From: Octopus sinensis
Taxonomy: Eukaryota
Reading direction: 5' to 3'
Assembly (NCBI RefSeq): GCF_006345805.1
Contig: NC_042999.1
Span: forward strand, 121,954,001-122,018,000
Length of the DNA stretch: 64,000 nucleotides
Made by a program: the position numbers and the translations under genes
Notes under the pieces: generated by a model
The model's database searches: none
Seen by the model: only the letters and a program-made list of their open reading frames with translations
Told to the model about the DNA's origin: nothing
Shown here: piece by piece, positions 37,051 through 49,068 of the stretch
How the letters are laid out: each line of letters starts with the position of its first letter
How positions within the stretch are numbered: the stretch's first letter is position 1

Positions 37051-38171
37051 ATGTATGGTAACATCTGCTCCAGTTTTCATATAGAAGGAAGTCATATGCA
37101 AAAACACATTCCGTTCTAATTACAGTTAAGTTAGAACTTTCTTAATTTTTTCACGATGGTATTGTAATGCAGGACAAAAACAATTTCTCTCGATAAAACT
37201 TGAATTCTGTTTTATATAAATAACATAAAAAATACATTTTAGAAAATGCCACTGATTGTTAAAATCTTGTTCAATCCAGTGATGTGGAAGAAGGTACCTG
37301 ATAAATTATTCAGTTTTGAAATTTTGAGGATCTAACAATACATTCTCAATGACTTAAAAGCTAAAAGCACACTTAATTTTGTTTCAGATCATCTCACTTT
37401 AATGCATACTAATAAAAACTCTACTGACACTTTTATAATCATTTTAGCAAGTGATAAACACAAAGAAAATGCAAAATTAGTAAAACAGATGGTGGAGATA
37501 TAATCAGTCCATTAGACTTTATTCATATCTTGTTTCAGTCACCAAAATCTTTATAATCATTTCCGATGTTACTAAACAATATTGGCTTCTTTCTTACTTA
37601 ATATATCTGACTGAAAGGTTCAGATTTATGCTTTGAAGAATATAGGTTGGCCATAAAGGAGCAACTGAAATTTTTCAAAGTTATATAACTAATCTCAGAA
37701 AAATTTCAAATTTTATATCAGTAATTGTTAATCATGATTAAAACATTGATTTAATTTATCAATTTACTATCATTCAATTTTATTAACTTCAGGTCATTTT
37801 TTGGTATTTCTAATATATCCTTTAGTTCTGTTTGTGAAAACTAGTCTGAGAAGTCTTTCTTATGAGTCAGTTATCTGATGCATATCTGAATACAGGGAGA
37901 AAGAAGATGTAATAGAATTATTTTCAATACTTGATATCTATTTCACCCAAACAAAATTATATAGTATTATTCAAAAATATATTTGGTTGGATCTGAAAAC
38001 ATGCTCTCTATACAAATAGAAAAAAGCAATTTTCTTGCTGCACAATATTTGTTTCATCATAGAAATTTGTTGTTGACAATCTGCTGTTTGTTTCATAATG
38101 TTGACTGAATACTGGAATGAATAATATTGCAATTCTGCTGCTATGATGTTAGAGATTTCAAGATATACAAG

Positions 38172-38805
38172 TTTTATACAAATAAGAACAGGTCTTTTAT
38201 GTCTAATCACGTGGTTATTTCTCATTTCACCTTTGCCAACTATGAAGTGCTTGTATTTATAGACCATTTGAATATCACTCCAAGCCTTCAAATGCCTCAA
38301 CAAAATTACATCCTTAGTCTTTATGTACTCCAGCACTTTATCAGTGATTACCTGTGAAATCTCAGGTAACCTCTTCAATTTGATTACCCTTTGATTGAAC
38401 CAAGGAAGTGATACCACTAGCAGCCACAGCAGATTACATAGTGTACCTTTTCTGATTGATGTTTATCTTTCTATGCCAGTACCTCCAGACTTTGGTAGGA
38501 GTGAGCATACGACCACCATTACACATGTTATGGAATGCACCCTGATGTGATCTGAGAGTACCACCATGTATACGAAGAATACAAGCCACTGTACAACTGG
38601 TACCACAAAACTCAGCAAAGGTTTGATAACTCACATATTTAGAGACAGCATTAGGATGACAAGTGTTTTCCATCATCTAGTCATGCACAAAACCGACTAT
38701 ATCAGACTGAATAGAAGCCCTGAAAACAGCTGGTATTTTTACTCTGGAGGGCGTAGGCTTACCCTTATCATTGTAGACTGACACAAGTAGATGAATAGCT
38801 GCCTT
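38172..38805 (-). pseudogene. RPL4: 60S ribosomal protein L4 (uL4) processed pseudogene, N-terminal ~210 codons
   Basis: (K)AAIHLLVSVYNDKGKPTPSRVKIPAVFRASIQSDIVGFVHD*...[130 protein letters not shown]...GKGEMRNNHVIRHKRPVLI aligns colinearly with eukaryotic RPL4 ([58 protein letters not shown]). Start codon is AAG; two stops, one frameshift, no introns. Confidence 0.93.
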
Positions 38806-40479
38806 TGACGTAACTGGTGAATTGGAATAGTCCTAATTGGAAAATTTTTATATAGTTTTTATAAATCCCAACTTCAGAACTGTGGAGTTGTATTGGTACT
38901 TTATACTTATCCAGTTATACATATTATCACATCAAATTTAGTAATGTGTAAAGATTTATTTTGTGCTGCAGTGGCTATTCTGTTCCCCAAACTTAGTAAG
39001 AGTCTATAAAAATATGGTGTATAAAGATATATGGTATAAGTAGTTTGAAATATTATTAAATGAATTTAAGAATGTACATTATAAAGTATGAGCCACACAA
39101 AGCATTAATAATGAATATAGTATCCTAAAAGAAAACCATGATGATATGTCAGAATGGTAACACTAAATTGGAATCAACCAATGAAAGTAACACAGGCATG
39201 GTAGATATGGCCATTAAGCACAGTTTAGGATAGGCTTCAGACACTTCAATATCTTGTGATTGATCTTTGTAGACATAGTTTGAAGTGTTCTTATCTCAAA
39301 AGGTGTTTTTATCTGACAAGACATTCCATGATGTTAATGCAATCAAGGACATTCTACATAAGGTCTGGAAGATTTAAAGATACACATAACTTATTTCTTT
39401 GTGTTACCTGTTATTACAGCCTGTTCCACTCAGGAATTTTCTTCATGATTAGTATCTTTTGTAGAAGAAATAACAAAGTTCTTTACCAGTATTTAGAATT
39501 TTACTCTGTAATATACTTTCTTATATTGTTGTAAGTTATGATATAATCATCACAGTCCATTAAAAGGAAAATCTTCAGTTTCCTTTAGAAGCTAACAATA
39601 GTTGGAACTTTCTGGTAGCTAATAATAGTGCATTACATATTTTAATACTACAGAGTTCTGTATAAGATTTTTAATGCCTTTCACTGTTTCCGAGTAAAAC
39701 ATGAAATAGTTCCTTGATCTGACTAGAAAAGATCACTCAAGAAAGAATGATTGAGGAGGCTGATACTTTTGTGAAGTAGTGTGTTCATTTATATATATAC
39801 TCATATATTGGTAAGGAAGTAAACTGATCATTGTAAAGCATGCATGGATTCTATTGGAGGGAACTTTAGTAATAATAGAGGCACAATAATTTTGAAGTTT
39901 CTAAGTTTCAATGAAGTTATTGATAAGCTTATTGTAATCAGTCAGTAAAACGGATTTTTCAGATACACATATTTTTATAGTGCATAAAACCAAGGCAAAG
40001 CTACAGATCTGTTGGTTTATATGTTGGTTGAAAACTGTACTTTTATTTAATATGTCAATACATTTTTCTTCTTGAAAGATGACTGTCTGTGGTAACTCCA
40101 AAACTGATTTAACAGCAATAAAACGGATTAAAAACAGAGACAAGACTCTGGTTTCTGATTTTGTGTCATTTAGTTTGAAGTGTTGGTTATTCATCATAGA
40201 AACCTCTGCTGGGCTCTGACTTATTCCTGTACCAATAGACTTGCATAGCTTCATCCCCACCACAACTTCCAACAGCAATCATCCACACTACTGCATGTAG
40301 CAAAAGGAGATGTGTTATTTCAATGCTCATAACACTTATATTTACAATGCTTACATTACACTCACCCCCAATAGAGGTAACAATTTTAACACGTTTGAAT
40401 GATGGTAGGTTAAAATGAGAACAGCTGTTATGACATGTCTGTTATCAAACTGAATACCATCTCTCCTTCCCATGTTCCC

Positions 40480-43340
40480 TTCCATGCCCCTTTCTCAGTT
40501 TTCAGAGTTGGCACTGCTAATGTAGGCTCATTGAAAGGTAGGTCTAGTGAGATTGTTGAGATACGTGTTGATGAGGCATGTTGATGTATGTTGCATTCAA
40601 GAGGTAAGGTGGAGAGGAGCTTCAGCCAGGTTCCTCACAAGCAAGATACATAGGTAACAGCAATGGCAAAGGTAACAACGACGGGGTAGGCAGTGTGGGC
40701 ATACTTCTTGCAGAGAAATGGGTGGATAAGGTCATAGAAGTAGTAAAAATGTGTAATAGAGTAATTAAGGTCAGACTAGTCTTGCAGAATAGTAAATAGT
40801 ACAGCAAGTATAATCTCTGCCTATGCCCCACCACCACCACCACAAGCAGGCCTACGAAATGAACAAAAGGACCACTTTTATGATATTCTTCTTGAGGTTA
40901 CCTCAAAGACAAGTCACAATGATCTCATCTTCGTGGCTGGGGACGTCAGATGGCAGCCTGATATCATCCATAGTGGAATTGATTCCTGAAATGAAATAGA
41001 AGACAAAGGTACTGGAGTTCTGTGATGCAAATAACCTACAGATCTGCAACACCAACTTCAGGAAACCAGCCATCTACCCAATAACCAACCAATCAAGTGA
41101 CTATGCTTGCCAGATTGATTACATTCTCACCGGACCGTGGGATACATGGTTGCTCCTAAATATAAGGACCCTCCCTGGTGAAGAATGTACCCCCAGCATA
41201 GATTAGTCATTAGTGACTTTAGACTCATGAACAGAAGGATGCCAAGAAGCAGACCAATCTGGTAAAAAAGGAGTTGGAAGCTTAAATACCCTTCATATGG
41301 TCAGAGATTTAGGGACATCCTAATTGAGAAATCTGATGAGAGAGAGGAGGAACTACAGAGTCGTAACATAGAGGGCAACTGGGAATTCCTGCAGGACAGC
41401 TTGCTGAGTACCACAGACCAAATTTGCAGCTGGTGCAAAGTCCCATCTAGACCTAGGTTGACGTGATGGTAGAACAATGCTATAGATAAGGCCATTAGAG
41501 CAAAGAAACAGGCCTGGGAAGCCTGGAAGAGGCAGGGCTGTAGGGAACTGTATCAAACAGCCAGAAGGGAAGCTAGGAGACAAGTATATCAAGCCAGGGG
41601 AAAAGTAAAAAAGAACAAGTTAGCCTATGTTCAGCGATTTGAGGACCAAAGACTTACTTAAAGTGTTTCAGATTGCAAGACAATGTGTGAGAGAAAATTG
41701 TGATGTCATAGGAGATGTCTGCATAGATGATGGTACACTTGCATTTAATGATTCTGCAAGAAAGGAGCTTGGAAATGCCTTCATGAAAGACTGCTAAATG
41801 TGGAGAATGAATGGGAAGAGGAAAGTCTGATTGAGGGACCAGCTATCCGAATTGACAGTACTTTGGTAGATAAAGCAATTAAGGATATGAAAACAGGGAA
41901 AGCTCCTAGCCCATCAGGAATCACCACTGAGATGCTTAAAATATCTGGCAGTGTAGGCAGTCTAGTCACCCATACTGTAAACAGGTGGCACACAAAGGAG
42001 TCATATCCAATGACTGGTGTAACAGCACCATGGTCAACTGCTACAAAGGTAAAGGATGCCTTAGATAGAAATAATTACATACAGAGATATCAAATTATTG
42101 AATCTGGTGATGAAAGGTACTGAGAGGGTCATAGCCCAACTAATTAAAGAGAGAGTTAGTCTAGATAAGATGCAGTTTGGATTTGTACCAGGAAGAAGCA
42201 CCACTGATGCTATATATCTGGTAAGGCAGCTGCAAGAGAAACACATAGCCAAAGATAAACCTCTGTACTTGGTTTTTGTTGACCTGGAGAAAGCCTTTGA
42301 CTGGGCCCCCCAATTCTTTATCTGGTGGTCAATGCAGAAACTAGGGATAGATGAGTGGTTGGTGAGGGCTGTACAAGCCATGTACAGGGATGCAATCAAT
42401 GACTATAGCGAAGAATTCAGGGTAAAAGTATGGGTTCACTAAGGATCGGTCCTCAACCCTCTCTTGTTCATCATAGTCCTCCAGGCAATAACAGAGGAGA
42501 TCAAGACAGGCTGCCCCTGGGAGCTCCTGTATGCTGATAACCTTGCTCTTATAGCTGAATCACTACCTGAACTAGAGAAGAAGTTTCAAGAATAGAAGCA
42601 AGGTCTAGAATCAGAGGCTTAACCTAGAGTTAACCTAGCAAAAATCAAAGTCTTAGTAAGTAGGAGGGCAGAAAAATCACAAATCCTTCAGGTAAATGGC
42701 CCTGCTCAATTTGCAGAAAAGGTGTAGGCAGAAATTCCATATGATGTGCTCAGTGTAAGCTATGGACACATAAGATGTGCAGCAATATCAGAGGAAGGTT
42801 AACAAGGAAAATAGCTTTTGTGCGTGAAAGATGCACAGGTACAATAATCACCAAAAATATACAGAAAATAGACTCTGTCAACTGCCAGTGGGGTAAGCTA
42901 GAGTTAGTAGATAGCTTCCATTATCTAGGTGACCAAGTTAGTAGCAGGGATAGATGCTCCAAGAACATAGCTTTGAGAACAAGAATAGGCTGGGCAAAGT
43001 TCAGAGAGCTCCTACCTCTGCTGGCAACAAAGGGCCTCTCCCACAGAGTGAAGGGCAGACCATATGATACCTGTGAGCAAACAGCCATGAGACTTTATGT
43101 TGTACTTCAGAAGAAGACCTGTTGAACCGAGTAAAATCAGTCATGACAGATATGTTACACAAATGGCACATAAAAGTACCCATTACACTCTCGGAGTGAT
43201 TGGCATTAGAAAAGACATCTAGCCATAGAAACCGTGCCAAATTAGACTGGAGTCTCATGCTGCCTTCCAGCTTGCCAGCCCTAGTCAAACCATCCGACCC
43301 ATGCCAGCATGGACAACGGACGTTAAATGATGATGATGAT
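40480..43340 (+). mobile_element. RTE-clade LINE, near full length but decayed (APE endonuclease + RT + 3' tail)
   Basis: RVGTANVGSLKGRSSEIVE (APE start), GVGILLAEKWVDKVIEV, QFGFVPGRSTTDAIYLVRQLQEKHIAKDKPLYLVFVDLEKAFD, GSVLNPLLFIIVL...LLYADNLAL, LELVDSFHYLGD; tail ending CCCATGCCAGCATGGACAACGGACGTTAAATGATGATG; many stops and frameshifts, internal deletion near 43100. Confidence 0.95.
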
Positions 43341-43989
43341 AATGCTGGTTGAGGAGAGATATGAAATGACTCAAAAGTTTGGTGATTAGATGAGCATTGA
43401 AGCAAAGGCTTTTGGAGTAATATGTAAATTTACAAATGAATGTAAGGGGACAACATCCTGGGTAATATCACTTGATGCAGATATTAACTCATGTTTTTTC
43501 ATTAGTTACTAGTTTCACTATTCTTTTATTAAAGACAAAACACCACAGGATACAGATGCCTGGAATAACCAGAAGTCCAAGTAATAATGTCTCACAGTTG
43601 TGCACAATCTTGTATGATATGCCTATTGGAAATGGCAAGCTACTATATGTAAAATAATTGTAAAAAATGTTAAGGAGTAAACTTTCTAGCAAATGCGATG
43701 TTGCCTGAGGCAAAATAAATAGAATTTCATTACATTATTATGATTAATTACATTTATGTCTGGAATGATAGTTGAATGTGCTTTTTATTGATACAATGTT
43801 TAACTATATGCCTGCATAGGGAATCAGTATGTCCAAGAGATTTTCTAAAAGATTATGAGGAAAGTTATCAATTATATCTATATTTACTTAGATATAAAGA
43901 AAATATTCCCTATTTTATTGTTGAAATGAAAATGCTTAGAGAGAAACCACACCAACAAAGATGATTTCATCATGCAAGAGATTTTTTTA

Positions 43990-44296
43990 TTATTTATGCT
44001 CCCTTTTCAAGCCTAGCCAGGCTCATGGGCCTGGTTTCCCGGTGACATATGTGTTCACCCCACAACTGGACGGGATGCCAGTCCATCGCAGCATTATTCA
44101 AGAAACAAGAAGAAAGAGTGAGAGAAAGTTGTGGTGAATGAGTACAACAGGTGTCGCCACCACCCCCTGCCGGAGCTTCGTGGAGCTTTAGGTGTTTTTA
44201 CTCAATAAACACACACAACGCCCAGTCTGGGAATCGAAACTGTGATCCTCCAACCACGAGTCCACTGCCCTAACCACTGGGCCATTGCACCTCCAC
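43990..44296 (-). mobile_element. tRNA-derived SINE (family D)
   Basis: rc head GTGGAGGTGCAATGGCCCAGTGGTTAGGGCAGTGGACTCGTGG...GTTTCGATTCCCAGAC with A/B boxes; body differs from families A-C. Confidence 0.75.
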
Positions 44297-44899
44297 CATG
44301 CAAGAAATTATTAGAACAGAAATTAGAGTGCCTGCTTTTAATTTGTCAATGCAATGTTTTGATCTAGAGTAAGGTGCTTGTGTACATCACTTTAGAAAAC
44401 CCTCTGGGACAGGTGAGATCAACACTGTTAAAGTTTTTCTTACAATGTTGCAGAAACTGCTGTTTGCATGTTAAAAAAAAAACATGAGCAAAGACAGAAT
44501 ACCAGAGGGACTACTTTCTTGCTATGAATGACTGATTGTTGTGGACAGATTGAGTCTGAGGAAATGAATGCTATAATGATAAGAAGAGAACGAGAGATGA
44601 GTGAGTTGAATGAGCTTAATACCAGCCAGCCAGCCAAGGAGTAAATACCATTCCATAATGGTAGAAAGAGCAAAGACAAAAGACAGTATATTTATTGGTC
44701 TGTAGTAAGAGTATGTTGTAAGAAACTTCCTGACAATCAGTCAGGTGGCTTTTCTTTCGATATAGTGAAGGATTTTTCTGTGCACGGCATCTCTTACCAT
44801 TTCAATTCTAAGAACAGTGCTCTTTTGTTAGTTTCAGTTGGACTTTGTAAAGAATAATTAGCTGAGAGGACTGAAGCATTTTATGATGCTGGAAAGGAA

Positions 44900-45500
44900 A
44901 TCTAATCTTCATAAAATGGTAATCATATGTATGTTGAATATGTATGATCAACAAGTGAGTTTCTTGGTGATATCAGGCCTAGCATTAGTAGTGACCATGT
45001 TTAGAGATAGGTAGAAAGGGCTGGTATTGTTTTCTTAATATGCATTTTGATAGTGTCTTAATGGAGTTGAAGGATACAGGATAGGCAGAATACTTTTGAA
45101 GCCTCAGTTTATTGAGACAATGCAGATTAGATATAAGGTGTCTACATTGCAAATCAATGACAATTATGTGTGAAAGGTTACTGGGAAATAAAAGGTCATA
45201 TCAGCTGCATAAGAGTGAGTGTTTTTGAAGTTGATGGGATTAATGTACATCAGATTTTGGATGTAATATGAACAGTTATGGAGAGTTATGGTGAAACTAT
45301 ATTGTTTGAAGTAAGTCATGTTTCTAGCATAAAAATAGCATATTTGTTTTCCAGTATTGTTGAAAAATTGCCATTAGGTTTTGGATGGACTGCCCATTCT
45401 GTAGTATACAAGTTATAATATCCATGACAAATGTTGCTGTTTTAGCTGTTTATTTTTGTATATTATAGACATTCAAAAGATGTTGCCATATTATTATTTT
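44900..45500 (-). mobile_element. Highly decayed LINE RT fragment
   Basis: rc reads INPINFKNTHSYAADMT, resembling INDL...SYADD.T of CR1/L2-type RT; flanks only suggestive. Confidence 0.3.
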
Positions 45501-48500
45501 GTAGATTATCTCATGATCAGCTTGTACACTTTTTGTAGTTCTCTTTTATTTCATGTTCACTGACACACAAAGAACAACTGGGGAATTTTTCATGGTAATT
45601 TTTCATTAAATTATACAATATTTCCCATTTGTTACATCTCCTAAAAATTATCAACCACAGACATGGCAGACTTATCACCCATTCCTTGAATTCACTTTCT
45701 TATGTGCACTATTGATTTTATGAAAACTAGAAATATATTTGGTTACCTTCTTGTAGACTTGGTGAAAGTAATTTCTTGTTAGTCTGGAATTCTGCTTTTT
45801 GAGCCTGTGTACAATATTGTAGTTCCTGTAACTTTGCTTTTTGTTTAAGTTAGTAGCTGTCATATGAATCAATTTTGTGAAATACCTATGGCATTATCTT
45901 CCAAATAATTTTCAGTCTAGTGCCCTGGTCCTCCTGCATAATATTAATTTGTTTGTTACTGATATAGAAACAAAAAAATTATGATACTTTTGTCATAAAC
46001 AGCATTTTAATTTTCCTCAAATTATTTCAACATTGCTTTTATGTTGGCAGACAGTTTCTATTTTGTTCTTCTTATATTTATGTAGTGTTTGCTAGCTTCT
46101 GGTTACTGTGTTTTTGTTTTGATAAATCATTGATTTTTGAGACGTAAGAAATCATTTGAGTAGACATCTGATGATAATGATAAAAAAAACCCTGAAAAAT
46201 AAGATGTCTTTTGCAATTTTTTAAGATCACTGACAACATGATGCATGAAGTTTGATTTTCTCTTTTGATAGGTATGATACTGATTGTGCATGCTTTTGCT
46301 AGATAATTTGTTCATGTCTTTATACTGGGCAGAAAAGAACTAAAACTTGTATTTGACTATTTTCAAAAACCAATTCTTCATTAAAGTATGTGATCTCTGA
46401 TGTAATCAGAACAGTTTATAAAATATGTTTGTGTCTGCTAAAAATCAGGTCAAGCCTATTTGGAACCAGCTTTTTACATATGTCATTTATGCAATTGAAG
46501 TTAACTATTTATGACATTTCCAAAAATAATTGTAGAAATATAAGTAGACAAAAAAGATTTTGTCTTGTTTCAATAGTCTTTAAGTATCGCATCTATGTGA
46601 AATTTTATAATGAACATTCCACTAAAATATGTAAAATAATTTTACATTCTTATTAAGGAGTAAATTCCCTCCTTAATAAGAATATAAAATTTTAGCAGGA
46701 ATATTCACACACAAAAAATAACTTGACTCTGGAATCTGAATAACCTTTGGATCATATTGATTTGTACATCTTTAACTACTGGTAGTTTGCAAATATTAAT
46801 TACATTTAATATTGATTTAATATTCTACAAAGAACTAATGAATGTTATTAGCCATTGTTTTAGTTTCTTGGAATTCTAGAAACAGCTTTTGGAAATTGTT
46901 TATTCCCAATATTCTTGATTTTTTATGAAAAATATATTAAGATTTCTAAATATTTAATATTAGTTATGAAATATTTCATTTTCTAAAGATATATTTCATC
47001 ATTTTCTTTCATGTTAAATATAATCTTAATTTCAATTTTACTTTCAGGTAAGAAAGAATGAATTTTGCTAAATATAGGTAAAGTTAAAAATTTTTGTTTC
47101 TACCATTCTGTAAGTAATCTCTTTTTAATCAAATTCTTGTATCCAACCAGAAAGAAAATGAGATTCCAATCATTTTTATATATTATATTTATATTGATAT
47201 CAAATATATAGTAATATATTTGAATTAAAATGTTCAAGCTGTTTTTAAAGACCTACTTCTTACATTTTGTCAGTATTAATTTTCATCTTAAATGTTATGT
47301 CCTTTTAGATTCATCCCATTGTTTACATTTTGTATTTATATGATTCATATAATGCTTTAACCAAAAGATATCAGAGGACTATATTTTTAACAAGAGAAGA
47401 AAAATGAATACTGCTTTTATATATTCTCATAATTAGTCAAATGAATTAAGAATGTTATATTTAATTTTATCTTTTAGATTTGGGTGTCTGTAGGATTGAG
47501 AATGTTTTCTAGGTTTGTAGGATTGGAAATATTTTCATGTCTCACAGGCTAAGGTAGATAGGAAAACATAGCCATGATCATAAAATTTAAGGCTATAAAA
47601 ACAATTTAGGTATGCAAAATTTAGTGTCATGTATGACATCGCATGCAGTGAAGACTTGCAGTGTTTTTATTTAAGGTTAATGGGAATGATTATGGCTTCA
47701 GGATAAATGTGAGGCCAGCCAGGTCACTTACTTTCCTCAACGATAGTAAATAATTTTTGTCTCTTCAATTTTTCTTACAATCAATTTTTCATGTAAACTA
47801 TATTGTTAGTCTCTGACGTGCGATTCAATTAGAAAAGTGAAAACATTTATTGTTTAAAATATCATACCTTTGAAAATTTACATTTTTTACAAGATGAAGG
47901 AATCTCACTTTTTTTAATATTAATATAAAATATTGATTCACTTGGAGCCACAACAAAATAAGACTTTTTTTTCTATTTTCATAACTGAATCTGTTATTGT
48001 TTCCTTATAAAAGACATAAGGAAACCAAAGAATTTTTGTATGCAAAAATCACATGTTTAATAAAGCTGGCAGACTGAATGATACAAAACTGGATTCAGCC
48101 CTAAGGTTTATTTTGATGACCCCCTATACAAAATTATAGGATATTTGCAGTGAAAATTGATTGTTATTTTAATAGGTATGTCTTCAAATGATTAACATTT
48201 TAATCATTATTAAATTACCAGTACAATTCTTAACATTAAAACAACATAAAGAGAGGTAGAATGGAAAAATTGTTAGAGTGGAGGACAAAATGTCTTGTGG
48301 TGTTTACCTATAGTTATTTGTGTTCTGAATTCTAATCCCTCTGACTTAATTTTCAGCACCCTGGAATCAATAAAATTAAGTATCAGTAAAGTACTGGGGT
48401 TTTTATAATTGACTACTGACCTCTGCCAAATTTGAGGTCTTGTGCCTATGTAAGAAATAGATGTTAAAATCAACATAGCATCAGCTATGTATTTTTAATA

Positions 48501-49011
48501 TATGTGGCATTGAAATTCAAATTTTACATGAATTATTTCTCTGCATCAGCTTAATTTTCTTTTTTATTGTTTATTCTCATCATAAGTAGTTTTAAATTTA
48601 AGCCTGTATATTCACTGCTTTGTAGTTGTTTCTGTTTCAAAGGTCTCCTTATGAAATCTAACTTTCAATGGTCATTTTCTTAAAGGTAGATGTAGTATAT
48701 ATTAAGTTTAATAATCTTCACCACAAACATGTGCATTTATTTAAGCTAAACCTAATCAATGTAGGATAGTTAATGGCTAATATTTAATGATAGGATGTAG
48801 TGTAATCAGAACCTGTTATTGATAGTTATCTGTCAATTGCAGGCTTTGGCTGTATCTCACTTTACTATATGAGTCTTGATCTCAACTATCACTTTTCAAA
48901 TAATAATTGAAGCATTCTAAGCAAATACTTTTGACTGTTATATATTGAAAGGTCTGATTTGCCAGTATGGTTCTTTTCACTTTCTCTTCTTTTTCACTTT
49001 CTTTTTCATCA

Positions 49012-49019
49012 CATCATCA

Positions 49020-49067
<48 letters not shown>
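49012..49067. repeat. (CAT)n(ATT)n microsatellite
   Basis: Direct reading. Confidence 0.95.

Positions 49068-49068
<1 letters not shown>

Noticed and set aside
38434-38676. GAFHNMCN initially read as an Academ-type transposase motif
   Set aside because: Full translation shows it is the RPL4 motif [14 protein letters not shown].
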